This document shows, piece after piece, positions 11,601 to 26,500 of a stretch of 64,000 nucleotides of DNA (its first letter is position 1; each line of letters starts with the position of its first letter). The DNA lies in assembly GCF_947568905.1 (NCBI RefSeq), contig NC_079170.1:53010001-53074000 (forward strand). The letters run 5' to 3'. Origin of the DNA: Ostrea edulis (lineage: Eukaryota). The notes under the pieces were generated by a model, which saw only the letters and a list, made by a program, of their open reading frames with translations, made no database searches and was not told the DNA's origin. The translations under genes were made by a program, and so were the position numbers.

Positions 11601-14600
11601 GTAAATTTGTCTTGATAACAATTATCTGTCTACATATGAAAAAAGATTTATCAATGAATGAAGGTAACTCCATACTCTAATTATTATTTGATAAAAGCAC
11701 TAGTATAGAAGTGTATTTATTTCCATTGATAAGAGTTAGAATTAATAAATTATCAAATAAACAATATATAGGTCTTCTCACTTTTTAAGATGCGAGACAG
11801 GTATAAACAGAATCACATATCAACGTCAGAAAATTACAATTTTCCTTAAACAGCATAATCAATATTTCACAAAAACTGGTTATAACGATATAATAGTATC
11901 CATAACGATATCATAAAACTGTTTCTTTACAAACAATTACAAAATATCTGTGAAAAATAAAGGAAATACATGTACATCACATAATGGACTTTATAAACAA
12001 ATCAATGAAAACAGAGTTGGATTCAATATTTTGAAACGTATAACTGATTATTGATATTGAACTTAATTTTTTGAAATATTTGATATGTTTAAAGATCTTT
12101 TTACAATAACTATCGGAAAAGACCCCAAGAAAATAAATCCACGTTCCTTTCATGCATGAATCTAAATAACTTGATGATTTTACAAACTATTATGACGTCA
12201 CAGGAGGGTAGAACTGTTGAACTGTTGATCAACAGTCATAATGAGAAAGTATACAGATGCGTATTTGAAAGTAAATTTCAGCAACTTGAAACTCAATATC
12301 ATAATGAACATTACTTTAGATATGCTTGTACCTCACACGTTTTAGACTCCTCTTACGCCCAGTTAGACTTGCATATCAACCACAGAATACGATTATCTGC
12401 GTTTACTTCTTTAGCATATGTTGCATGCAGTTCTGTATCAGATGGTGTGTGATATAGTGAAGAACTGCATTTTAAATCCCTGTGAAGCTATGAAATACCT
12501 CAGTTCTCTAATAAAATTTCTTTTTCTCTATCATCTATTAAAAGAGTTTTCTGTAATACTATGAATTGTAGGGGAAACATGAAATACCTTTCGAATATCC
12601 ACTAGACTTGACTTTTCTGTGGTATTTGAATTTACATCTTTCCTTTTCCGACTTTTCCACATTAATTCCTCGGAGTACACATCTTTCTCCTGCAGATTGT
12701 TGATCATGCTGGCGATTTCCTCCTTCAGTTTCTGTTTCCTCAAAGGTATTTCATTTGCTTGTTTGTCAGTTGAAATCTTTTTCTTCCGTTCCTTGCCAAC
12801 TTCATTATTGGTATGTTCCTCATTAACATCAATCTCATTCAATTTCGACTTCCTTGATGCTAACCGAAAATACTGTGAAACAATAAAATGCTGTCAATCA
12901 ATAATGAAAATTCCAATGCAATACATAAATTTGTTTTGTAAATTCACAGCCATTAATATTACTGATATTACTAACTTTAATGGAAATTGGGATTGGGGCA
13001 CTTTCATTCAGACATGGTTGTTGTACTGTTGCCATGGATAACTCCTTTAGTTTGTTGGTATATGTGGATGTGGATGTGAGTGCTTGTGCTTTTGTTTACC
13101 TGCATGCGTTCATCTTTGTCTGACTTTAAGTATTCTGCGGGTAGTTTCCCTTCTCTGTCTCTGATATTTGATTTGACGCCCCTTTCGCAAAGTAGACTTG
13201 TGACTTCAAGACTGTTTTTTGCTTTTGCCACAACGTGAAACAAGCTTTCCCCCAATAAATTCACTTTCATGGGATTCAACATTGGAAAGCGACCCGGCTC
13301 CTTTTCATACATGTCTAAAAACTTTTTCAGTAGCGACATATTTCCTGAAAATAATTAAATTTAAACATAACTACAGTGTACCTAAGCGAGTATAGCAAAA
13401 TAAGTAGCACAAATACAAGCTTTAAATCCCACATCTTAATGGTTTATTTCAATACGTGTAAAGTATTATATGCAAAAACATGTTAGTCCATAGACGGTCA
13501 CATGGATACCTTTGTCTCTGTCTAATGCTATATACAGAGCTGCATGTATTGGTGTGTCTCCATCTTCTACACTGAGATATTCAGGATTCGCATTAAAATG
13601 AAACAATCGTTCTAGAACCCTAAAATGGTTGTTTTGTACGGCTATTTCAACTGCATCTTTTCCATCTACAACACAAATTGTGTGACCATGTACCCTTTTA
13701 ATTCAGTACAAAAGTATCAACGAATTATGATGATATACATTCTCCCATCCCCAATGACCTGTACTTTTTGAAAGAATCCCCATACAATGCATTTTTCCTC
13801 TGAATTTGACAAGAACTTCAAAATTAGATAACAAAATAGCAGCTCCCCGCCACTGTGTCTATTTCTATTAAACATAAGTATAAACGAAAGAATTCCTTGT
13901 CCAAATAAGTGTATGCACTCTATAGGTTTAGAGGAAAATATGCAATACTTAATAAATTCCTAAATTTGAGGAAGGACTGCATCGCGCTTTTTTATTACCT
14001 GAGTGTAATACAGCCCCACTGTAAAGCATATTTTCGACGATTTCCATCAGTAAGTTTTCACTTTTCTGAAGATTTTTACACTTTAGCACCTGTTCTACAG
14101 ATGATCCGGAAGCAAAATCATTTAGAGCGGACGCTTCGTGATGCTTTCGAAACTCGACAACAACCATGTGCATTTGTTTCCAATGTTCTTTCTCAGCAAG
14201 ACCACGTACGATTTTACCGTAAATCTTCCGATGCACCCTTGTCAGTTTTTCTGGAACATCTGTTTATAGAAACGAATCGGGAATTTCAATGATTAACCAA
14301 CAAAATACATGTAGTTACAACAATACACGACATAAACGAGTAATGAATACAACTAAATAATTACCCAGGTTCTCTTGAAGTCCAAAGGCATCTATAATGA
14401 GCTGAACTGCATCGTTTTCGAACTGTCTGTGCATATCTGATTTATGCTTGCTTTTATGAAAAATTTTCAACAAGCTGTAACAAGCAAGACGCGTTTCATT
14501 TGATATTAGTTTCGTCTTTGCATCTTTTAAATATTGTTTGCAATCTCTGAAACATTCTTGGTTGATGGCAGCAATTCTCTCTTCCTCTCTCCTAAAAAAA

Positions 14601-17600
14601 GAATACAAATTCTATAATGGATATTACTGCTGTGAATATTTTAAAGAAATTTTGCACATCTATGAAATCTGCAGAACATATTCTCTATTACATTTAATTT
14701 GAAAACATACTCGTTCGTCCTGATTTGTGTCAGAATGACGGTTTCACAAACTTTGACGTAATAAAAACATAGTCATAATACTATAAAAGTGATTATCTAC
14801 GCTGGGGGTTAAGTACGCGTTTTTCCACGTTCAGCATTACGCGTGGGGGAAAATACGCGGTTATTGAATATAATATATATCAAATATATATAACTATACG
14901 CGTTGGGGAAATCTACGCGCTTACTCGGTGGCTGTGTATACCTAATTAGCGTAAATTTCACCCACGTGTAAATAACTACTTTTACAGTATTGTAGATTGT
15001 TATGCTATGCAGACTTAACATTCGAAAGAGTTGTATTGCATTGTTTATTGGCTTTAAGCCTTATGGTTCATCAGCATATGACTGTCTAACAAAATAAAGT
15101 GTTTCATTTTTGTGCCTCGATGTACTTCAAAATGCACAACGCTGAACCGCAATTTCACCAAAGTAAATACTAGGATTATATTAGAAATTTACATTATGTT
15201 GACACAATTTTGCACAATGATTGAAGGAACAATTTCTGCATTGTTACAGGTATTCAAATAGTATTAGCTGTGAACTAGAGAGTGACAACTTTTGAGTCTA
15301 CCATACTTTAAAATCCTGAAATATGTCTAAAATGAAGTTCATTAGATATCAGTCAATAAAATGGCGGTCTCCCGTCAAACGTCGCGAAATTTTTATAACA
15401 TTTCTGCGCAATTTCCTTAAATTTTATAATGTTTCAGACATTATGTCGATAGAAGAAAAGAAATATGTTTTCTCAGAATTGCAACAAAAAAGATTGCAGG
15501 TTATCTAAATATTTTATTGTACATGTAGTAGTGGTTCCAGTGATGTACAGTTGTTAATATTCCGCAAACATGAATGATAGACAGCTTATGCTCAAGTACC
15601 AGTCTCTGAATGAGTCACTCAAGTTATGAATCATGCATAATTAGACAAGTCAGACCTTATTGACTTGAAAGTATTTACCCATTTCGCTATCAATATTAAT
15701 CTTAACCACACAATACCACTCTTATTTTCAAAAGTGAACTGTGCGACATTTATCTATGACACGGCAGTCAGAAGTTTTGCTGTCCTGTACAATAGTGAGA
15801 AGAACAAAAAAGGGTATGGTTGGGTCATTTTATCTGCATCCCATAACTAACAATACACTGATATAAACACAAACTTCAGAGATGAAACTCTATAGAAGAG
15901 TCGTTGAATTTTAGAATTACTAAATTCCTATCATAATCTTAATGATAAAATCCAACTTAGATATAAACTGTTACACTACATCTTTATAGAAAGGTATAGC
16001 CTATCCTAGTTGCAGAACTGTAGCTCTCTGAGAAAATATTGGGATATACCAGTGAGCTACAGATTCACCCTTGCAATTTACGGCACAGAAAAATCTGCGT
16101 ATGGTTGAGGCCTTCTTGCATTGCCGTCTCAAAAAAATTATTTAAAAATCTTATACATTATCTCGTTATAATTGTGTCCAAACCACCCTATTACATTCAT
16201 TAAAGTCCCATATAACCAGCAAAGTCACAGCTTCAAATTATTTCGTTTGTTGACGTAGCCATGTTAGGTGGACAGTCAATTCGAATCGGTTCCTTTTCTT
16301 ACTGAGCTAATAGCCTCAGCTATATTTTAGTTGAATAAATTGGATGAAATAATCTCAGTTCGGTTAAAACAATAATTGTTTGAATAAGTCTGAACAACTA
16401 AATCCACGACCTTCATTAGTCTGGTCCCCATTCCCGGCATATTGTCTAATAACCTCGTTATTGAAATGAATTGTAAGGGACCAGACTAAGCTTTCATGAT
16501 ATTTACAACACATAGGAGTTTATTTTACGTCTAGAGAAACTATACATGTTTTATTTATATTAATTATTCGCGTTTATGATAGATGGAAATCGAATAGATA
16601 CCTCGTATTCGATATTAGGTATAAATATAAATAGCAACGGGGTTCAAATTGACTGTCCACCAGTGACTGGTTATCTGTAGCTCTCTTGTTTGTCCCAATA
16701 TTTTCCCATAGAGCTACATATCTGCTACTAACTCTATCCAAGATTAAAAGTGTTTTAAGAAAATATCACACTGTAAATGGCAATCCTTATTATTTTTTTT
16801 TTTTACTTTTCATAAGCTCAGAGCTCAGGTTAATTTTGTATCTAAGCAAAGTTTGTATGTTTTTAATTACTATGCAAAAGGTGATGTCAAAGGACAGCAA
16901 TCAATGTCATAAATCCTACGATATACAAAATCGAGAACAAGGCAAATTAACACTAACTCCTGGAAACACCAGAGGTGGGATCAGGTGCCTATGAGGAGTA
17001 AACATCTCATGCATTGTGACCGACACAACAACATTGAGATAGCTGTCTTGGTCAGGTATAGAGTATTCGTAGTTAAATCATTATAATGACAAAATGGCCA
17101 AAATTTTGTTTGAGAAACATAACATTCGACCCAATGAATGGCTGTAATTCCAAACAATATTATTATGAAAACCATATATTTTGCGAAACATTGATGCAAA
17201 ACAATTCTATTGAAATCCCAGACCTTATTTCGCTAGTACCCTGCCTTACTTTAATATGATCATACGCAAAACATGCTCTCACGTATCGATTCAGAAGGGA
17301 CATGTGCAGGTGATAATGGAATATTGTTAGATTAATATAAAACAGGTTTGGAGTACAATTCCTATACAAGAAAAAAGATAGGAAAACTTCACAAATTTTT
17401 GATTCAACTTTTCGATAATGGTTTCAGATAATATTGGACTTTGGATACGATTAAAAGCCAAACACTGTATTATATTATTTCGAGATTTATGATATCGTTA
17501 ACTCTACATAACAAGCATGAGCATTTAGCCAGGAGCTGTCAGATATACATAAATTCTACCATATCATGAAAGGTGAGAATAACGAACAGTGATCAATCTT

Positions 17601-20464
17601 TTAATTCCTATAAGCAATACAAAATAGAGAGTTGGGCAAAAAAGGACCCCTGGACACACCAAAGGTGGGATCAGGTGCCTAGGAGGAGTAAACATTTCCT
17701 GTCGCCCGGTCACAACCGCCGCGAGCCCTATATCTTGATCAGGTAAACAGAGTTGTCCGCAGTCAAAATCAGTGTGCAAAGAACGGTCTAGTAATCGTAT
17801 GAAACACGTCAGACAACATTTGACCCAATGATAGGTTGTATTGGCAAACAAGATTGTTAAACGCCGATAGAATTTGCAAAATGCTGACATTAAACGAGAC
17901 TGTTGAAACCCTTGAACCATCAACTTGTTCGTCAGTAGTCTGCATCGATTTAAAAACTGACCAAACGCAGAACAACCTCTTGCGTATCGAATCAGTTGAG
18001 AGACCAACACCATATGCAGGTGATGATGGAATATTGCTACATAAATATGCATTTCCATATTTCTAAAGATTACTAATATATATGTAAGATGTGCGTGAAA
18101 TCTACACCTTGTCGTGTCCAGAGTTAAATGTGTTATCATTTGTACCATATTGCAATTAAAGTTTGTAGAGTCATTGTTCTTGGATGATATTTTATTGATT
18201 GTAAAGAAGGTATAAAACATAAATATACTGTATATAATTTATAATTCACCATTTCAGTAAATCATTGGAATCTTAGCGTTATTTGTACTCACAGTGCCAA
18301 ATAATTTTATGAGTTTGGCAAGCTCTTGGATATTTTCTTTAAAATTCAACAAAATTATGAATTAAGACACAAGAATCTTAAAGGATAATTTGTCATATAC
18401 ATGTACCTTATTCTTGTTTGTTCATAATGCTTTCTTTTCTCTTTCTCTCTTTGCTGTCGTAGTATTTGTTCCTGTTGTCGGTATTCTTGTTCTTTTTGTT
18501 TCATCTCACATTGTCGGTCAGTCTCTGGACCATGTACACAATTGAAAACATCATTAAAAGCATGATATATAAACAAGTGTAAAGAAAATAAATCTAAAAA
18601 GTATATAATAAATTTAAGATATCCCATGGTTTCTGGTTTGATATGATTTATATCCAGCAAGTTTTGTGTTTTCTATCCCCGAGCATTGGCGAGGAGATAG
18701 AAAACACACGAATTGGATAAAAATGATATCAAACCAGAAACCATGGGAGACTCTGTTGATCACATGTTACCCCTCCGGTTTTCCATTCACATTTTGTACT
18801 GTTTGACCTTCAAAGCCACATAACATTCAACAAAACTGTTACCATTAACAGGCATGTGTAGCTCCACTGTTAATTAATGTGTTTCGAAAGGCAGCATTAT
18901 TTTCATTGAATTGAAACTGAGTGGTGGATCCGATTTGTTGTGAAGCTGTTGATTTTGAAAGAAATGTCGAAATATTTGTGTGTGGAATTTCCTTTCAACT
19001 GCTGTAGCTGTTGATTGATTGGACATTTTTGTGACCAGTTAATTGCATAATTTGGTTTCATGTACATGTATGCTAGGTTCACTTTACTTTTAACTTAATG
19101 TTTGCAAGCACTGTGATTTTTTTAATATTTTGTCCCGAAGGATTCCCGCTGTAACTGTCATTCTTTTCGTGATGTACTCTAATCAATCTTTACAACAATA
19201 TTGTTGGAAATTATGCTCTCTTTGTTTGTAAACAAGCAATGTAAAATTTATGTACATTTGTGACGTCATAGGCGGCGTAGGAAAACAGTGTAATAATTAG
19301 AATACATGTAATGGGTGATATCCAATGGATAAAGAAGTAAACATGTGATAACTGCAGATAAATGAAAAAAACAGTCTGTTGAGTTTTTCTTTTTTTTCTT
19401 TTTGAAAATCAGAATCATAAATATTTATTTAACGGTTAAAATGTAAAGTACCATGTTTCTTGAGTAGCTTTGCGAGATGAGGCAATGCCTTTGGTGCATA
19501 TTTTGATGCAAGCTTTTTCTGCTTATTCAATAAAAGTGGATTGACACCAGCTTGCAGTAGTTGTTGTAGTACATCGTATTGTAATTCAGAATGGATACAT
19601 TTTGTCCTCTTGTCTACGGCAAGGTGAAGAACAGAATTTCCGTGGGCATCCTGGGTATCAAGTTCATTGTTTCTCATCGCTTGGTGAATGACATATTGAA
19701 ACAAGTCTAGGGTTCCTATTTGTAAAATACATATATAAATTTATTTGGTGCCAACTGAAAGTAGATACAAAGAAGCAAATAAATACATTACTGCCTTGCT
19801 CCTGTCAAAGCTGCAAGTATTATCTTCACAGACACAATATCAGTACATACATGTATACAATAAACACAGTGTAAGGTCACTTGTGGGTAGTGTCTGTTTT
19901 GCATGTTTCAGCGTGATCCCCCCCCCCCCCAATCTTTGTTTACTTAAGTAGCTACAAGTTGTATGCATTGGTTTATAGTGAGTGTCGTTAACAGATATGT
20001 TTGAGTGATATCTACCTAGTCCAATATCGGTGCACTGTTTATAAGTGTTGTGATTAATTACATACGACCAAAATCTTGTAGCAATTCAAAATATCATTTA
20101 AGTTTTTGTCAATACATGTATGTGTTTTGCAATACTAGGACCAGACATATTTCATAAACTACCCAGTATTTCTCTATGATATATGTATACGAGTTCAGTT
20201 AATACTACAATAGCCATAAAATGCGTTACAATCTACACAGTACGATATATGTATATGTTGGTGATGAGTACTTGTATTGTATTAGTTCTTACCACACATA
20301 CAGGGCCTGTTACACTTAGACTAAGATTTTTAAAAAAATGTAATTGTACATATATTAATCTTTGTTTGAGTTTCTAAAATTGTCCCCTGTTGACAGTGTA
20401 GTTACAGTTGACTTTGCGTTTGTCTATATTTCATTTAACTTTGATTTAATAACAGAGTATTTGG

Positions 20465-20512
<48 letters not shown>

Positions 20513-23502
20513 GTTAAAGCTGACATGAATTAACAAATATAGTACAATTCTATGTGTCCGCCACATTTCTCTGCTTCTCCGCCATATTAGATGAATGTTC
20601 TATTGTTATATGTATCAGAGTTCGCATGGTATATAAGGGGACGAGTTTTGCTACGCTTCACTTCACATCAGTGTCTTTCATTTACATGTGCGGGTAGCTT
20701 CGACAGGTTGCACGTACATCTCCGATACTGATTTATAGGACATCAAGAAGAAATGAAATCACGTTTTGGAACATCATGCAGTGCTCAAAATTACAATAGT
20801 ATATAATACATCATATATCATTCTAAAAGCTTTGGATAAATCAATTTAGAATGACCTATCTTTACGTGAATGTAAGTACATTTGCAGTAAATATGTCAAA
20901 ACTATACATAAACGCGGAGAAATATTTCATCTATTATCTATTGATAAAATCTAATAAGCAAATGGTACAAAATGATAACCATTCACACTTACTTCAAGCA
21001 AAATGCAAATACATAAATACTACTCTACTTATGCACATGACATGTATGTTCGCCATGAAAACGCATCGAATGCGGACGACTATTTACCTGGGTCTACTCG
21101 TAATATATATAAAGGACCGCAGATTTACATGTACACTTGTCGAAAATACTCTAAGTAGTCGTAAAACTCCCTTTAATTGCATAATCCATGCATGAAACAA
21201 AACGATAAACTCCATTTGTATTCCAACAGTAAATACCATTGTCCATTGTACAGACTGCGACACACTTAGCCCTTGCCGATCATAAAACATATTTTATTGA
21301 GAAACTCAACAGGATTAGGCAACAGGCATAACCTATAGCCAATGTAGGCATTATCCATGTATTGTGCATGAATCCGTATATCGTATGATTTACTGGTCAG
21401 TGTATGAATCAGGAAATCATTTAGGTACATAACTTGTTTATGCATATATAATTGCATATACAACACTGTACGAGTGTATGGGGGAGAGAGAGAAAAAAAA
21501 ACACAGAGAGAGACCCAAACGATGAACTTGTAATAATCGCGCTCTTATTAAGACAAATGATATCGTTAATTCAATAAAAGAGAACAGTAACTCAATATTG
21601 CTCTCATTAATTGATTGTACAGATTTATTTGATCCATTTAAAGCACGCAATAATTAAAAATTAACCATATCTTTAAATAATGTTATTTTCAATCACTTCA
21701 TTTTATGCTAATTTGGCGCTCAATAGATCTTATATATCTATGCCATTTTGCGTTATTACATTCTGCGTTGAACCCGACGCGAATTGCACTAATGCAAAAT
21801 GTAATAATTGAGATTATCATAGTATTATGCGTCGTTATCAAGCACATAGAATCAAGGGGAGGGGACAAGAGGGTCTGTCCCCCACCGTTAATAACAATAT
21901 CCATGATTTTGTAATGTAAATAAAAGATATATTGGGTGACCCCAGCTTGAAAGTTCTGATATAATAGTAGAAGACACATACCATCACTAATTAAGAAAAT
22001 AAGAGGCACTCATAGTAGGGGACTCTAACCACCCCATCCCATCCCCAGCGATTGGGGAAAATGAAGTGTATTGGGGCAGTCAAAGTAAAAGACACAAACA
22101 CCCCCGAATTAGGAATTTGAACATCGGACAAAACATCTTGGTTTGCTTGGGTTTTTTGTTTTATTTTATTGCTGTTTTCGTTGATGTTTTTAAATAATTA
22201 TTTTGAATGGCAAGAAATTTTGAAGAATCCAATTTTTCACTTTTTTTTCTTCCTGTTGTATGAAAAAATGACGACACATGTATGGTTATTACATTTTACT
22301 TTGCAACACATGCATGTATACTAATTGTGTGGTGTAGAATTGCACTCTTTACCAAGTTGTCCTGCATCTACACAGTGTAAGGAATGGTAAACCAAAATCA
22401 CAAAACAAAATGCATATAGAGACCAAGATATTTTTAAGCGTAAGAATACATAAATGCATGTATTCAGAAAAATCGCATGCATGCATTGCCATGTTACAGG
22501 ACTGTAGTATATGTGTGTTTTAACGTTTCTGTAACATGTCATAATGATTAATTTCAGGCTTGAGTGCGATTTATTCATAAATATTTTCATTTCATAGATC
22601 TGGCCCAATAGATATGTACATATGTATTCTGAAAATAGGCATAGCGCTGTACGTCGAAATTCTAAATTCAAATGTATTCGATAAGATGATACACTGTAGT
22701 ATTCATAAATCATTAAAAATTCGTGTTGAGGTTTTATTTGATATGATGCAATGTCAATATACTATTATAATGTATAAGTAGGAATTGCAAAAGGTAAGGG
22801 TATAAACATTTTCTTTTTTGATAAGTAGTGTCAATATCTAATTGATCACGAAAAAAAAAGCATTATATAATTTATATCCGGATTCATATAGGCCTAGCAA
22901 TTTAGATATCAATATAAACAAAGCTGCATAGTTCGGGGGGGGTGGGGGGGGTCTAATGAGTCTGATGAAATTAAAAGAAAGAACCCAACATTTACATTCA
23001 AACTAGATGTGCTTTAAAATGAATTCATTTCTGCTCTGACTGAAAGAATGTTTGTACATTTTCGAGAACGAATCTTGCATACAAAATAATTAATAGGGGA
23101 ACACATAAATTCGAGCTCCTTTGGGATTTAATGAAATGTATATATGCACCTTTCTTTCAACACGAATTGAATTTGTGTAAATTTTATATCACCCACGTAT
23201 ATAGGGGGTTCAGATGGAAAGGGAAACTGGTCTGCTCTCCCCACTCTTTTGACAATCTACTTTTTCCGTTATTCTAACATACAAAATCAATATTTTCTAC
23301 ATGCACAGTTCAAACTAATGTGTTTTTTTTTAATTTGTAATCAATTCAATTATAAGCATCAACTCCTGTAAGTTTCCAATATATTGTCAATAAAATTTTT
23401 GAAATAGCTGGAAACTTTAAATGCTTGTAAACGTACACTTATATTAGTGATCAATTTTCTTTCCTTTTGTGAAATGATATATTGTACATCGAAGTAGGAC
23501 GG

Positions 23503-23545
<43 letters not shown>

Positions 23546-26500
23546 CCATACTCTCGTACAGTGCTGTATATGCAAATTATCTCTCTCTCTCTTTCTCTCT
23601 CCTGTTCAATCAATGAATTTATAATAGTACATGCAGAGACCGTAAAAAGTTATGTGGTTCCCAAAGAGACAATATACTATATTTTCATTTATACAATATA
23701 TTTCCTTTTACATGTGTCTGTGTAATCACCTGTTTATTCTGGATTGCAAATGTAATGCCCGTATTTTCATACAGATGTATATTTATCCAAGTTTGTATAT
23801 GATCATCGATAAATTTTGAATTGTGCACGCAATTTATCCAACCAGATGCTCAGTGTATATGTACGTGCATGATTAGATTCCCGATTTCTATAAACTGCAA
23901 GCATTCAATAGAGGAAAAATTTTCGACTCTGACATTTCCCCTGATTGAAGACACCCTATTTGGCACGGGTGAAGTGTGTCGCAGTCTGTATAATGGAATG
24001 ACAACGTGTTGTAAAGTTCTAACGAGATACAAATGGAGTTTTATCATTTTGTTTCGTGGATTTATCAGATAAAGAGAATCTAATATTTTCGGTAAGTGCA
24101 CATCTCCAATACCTGTTGAATAGATGTCCACATTTGATACGGTTTTGTTTATTTTTTTGGCGAATATGTCATGTGCATTACATATCATGCATATGGCATG
24201 CACCTGTATTTTGCAAGAATTTATATGAATGAAATATTTTATGCTCTTTGGTTATTCCATTCTATTAGTATGTAATTGGCAAATGATTTCTCCGCTTTTA
24301 TTTCATAAAAACTGCAAATACTTGCATGCACTTCCAAGTATGCAAGAAAAGCTTTTTTTGCATTTTTGTCTAAATTATCTAAACTTTCAGAATGTTTCAT
24401 TGGTATACAATAAATATTTTGTAATTTTGAGCAAAACATGATGTTTTCAAATTTTATTTTTATTTATTTCTCATTCCCTATATATTACTATCGGAGATGT
24501 GCACTGGTCGAGTCCACCTAGAAAAATCACCCAGGTGTGACAATCAGATTTGGGTTATATACGGGTAGAGTAAATTAGGCCACCTGGGAGAAATATGGCG
24601 GATGAGATGAGAAATGTGTACGTATTTATTAATTCATGTCAGCTTTAATCTTTAAATTAAAATTGATAAATGTCGTTACTCAAACATCGGAAGTTCTATA
24701 CTTCATACATGTAAGCTTTAGACCAATTCAAAATAATTCGTGCCGCACAGTTCAGTCTCATCAATCAATGCTTGTGAGAGAGAGACCTAGAAATGTGACC
24801 ATCACGCTGACCGTAATCCAATCTAAATGAAATTAAGTTAAAATTCACTTTCTATACAAATATTCACATACATACGTATTTTAATAAGATTTTTGGTTGT
24901 TTCAAAACTAACATGGTTAATATAAAAATAATTACGATATTTAATAGCTGATGCAGCTTTATTTGATTTCATTCCAGGTGACAGGAAAATGTACACATTT
25001 TATTTCTTTGTTGACTAATTTTGTTTCTTTGTTAACTAATTTTATTTCTTTGTTGACTAATTTTATTCCCCGACATCTTCGGTTGGCCTTATTTGTACAA
25101 TGTATGCATAAGCATGCATTCTTTTCATGTCGTCGGATAGAAAAGAACAGAATAGTGTCGGCAAGTTTGGACATCCAGTTCATCGACTGTAGATATAGGA
25201 ATAAGAAACTCCAGACTAAATTTGGATACTATATCATGTGTAAAACATAATAGCTAGTAAGTGATACACAGGTCCAAAAATTGTTGTAAAATAGCACTTA
25301 CTATGCTAATAAGATGGTTACGCTGTCAACACTCCGATCGTTTCGGAAAGAAGTGTTTTAAAAAAGCTGTATTTGAAACTACAGAGTGATGCAGTAAGTA
25401 TTCGGATAAGATAGTGGCGTGTTTACATTGGCGGTATGTATCAGAAATGTTTTGCTATGACTAAAGTCATTATATAGAAGCCGATTTATTTCCGTTGTTA
25501 TTTTTAAGAGTAGCATCACGTGTCATATGAAAAAATGTGACTTTGATGTCGTCTGCTTTGTTTACAATCTTTTAAACACGGGGAAGTGAGATGGGACGAA
25601 AAAGAAGTGAACTCAGCATTTAGGTATAAGAAATAGTATGGAAATTACTAGAAGGGAAAACAATCAGATATGTGTCAGACTTGTTGAATATTCCAAAGTC
25701 TACGATTGTGGATATAAAGTAAAGATTTGAGAAGGAATTCTGTAGAGAACAATCTACACGACATGGAGATATTTGCCAACATGTACACTTGTTCCCTTCT
25801 AGATGTTAACCCTACATATTTCATAGTAAAACTTGAAAACTTTAAACCTTGTTATTTTCATGCAAGTTACGATTTTTCTGGTCCAGTGGTTTTGATAAGA
25901 AAATATGGCCAACACTATTAGAATTCTCATTACCTAAAGATTCTTTATACGAAGTGGAAATTTGATGTTTGAGAACATGCAAAATTTTCAGAGGCGACTG
26001 CAGACAACTCCATAATACATGAAATTTGATAAAAATGCTCAGGCGAGCTAAAAAGCAGTATTTGACGCCCACTCCCATCTCGGGGTAAAAAAAAATGTAA
26101 GCAAACGAAACATTAAAATCTATATACATCAAACTCATCGTGTTTCATTGTTCACATATTTGATTATACGTGTAAATGTATATTTTGTACATACCAGTTG
26201 CCAATGTTAATCTGATGCAGGCGTGAAGGAAGGATTCCCCCTTTTCTATATAGAGGCTATGGTAGTCACTTCCATTATTCAACAACTCCAGTATAAAATA
26301 TACCACCCAGCCATGTTCCTGTACTTTGTTAATGTTACATAGTATTTTCAAATCAAACGAATCCACGTATTTTTCTGACCAGCCGGACAAATCCATAAAG
26401 AGCTGCTCTGCTGGAATCCATTCGTTCTTCTCAATAAGTCTGTAGACTGTCTTTATCCAGTCATATTTGCGAAAACCCCTTATGTTTCGAATTGAGGAGT

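Noticed and set aside
12270-12479. Possible extra exon after cacag| at 12479, and one near 11250-11305
   Set aside because: All frames hit stops, or the phases do not fit; exon 19 joins exon 20 directly in phase 0.
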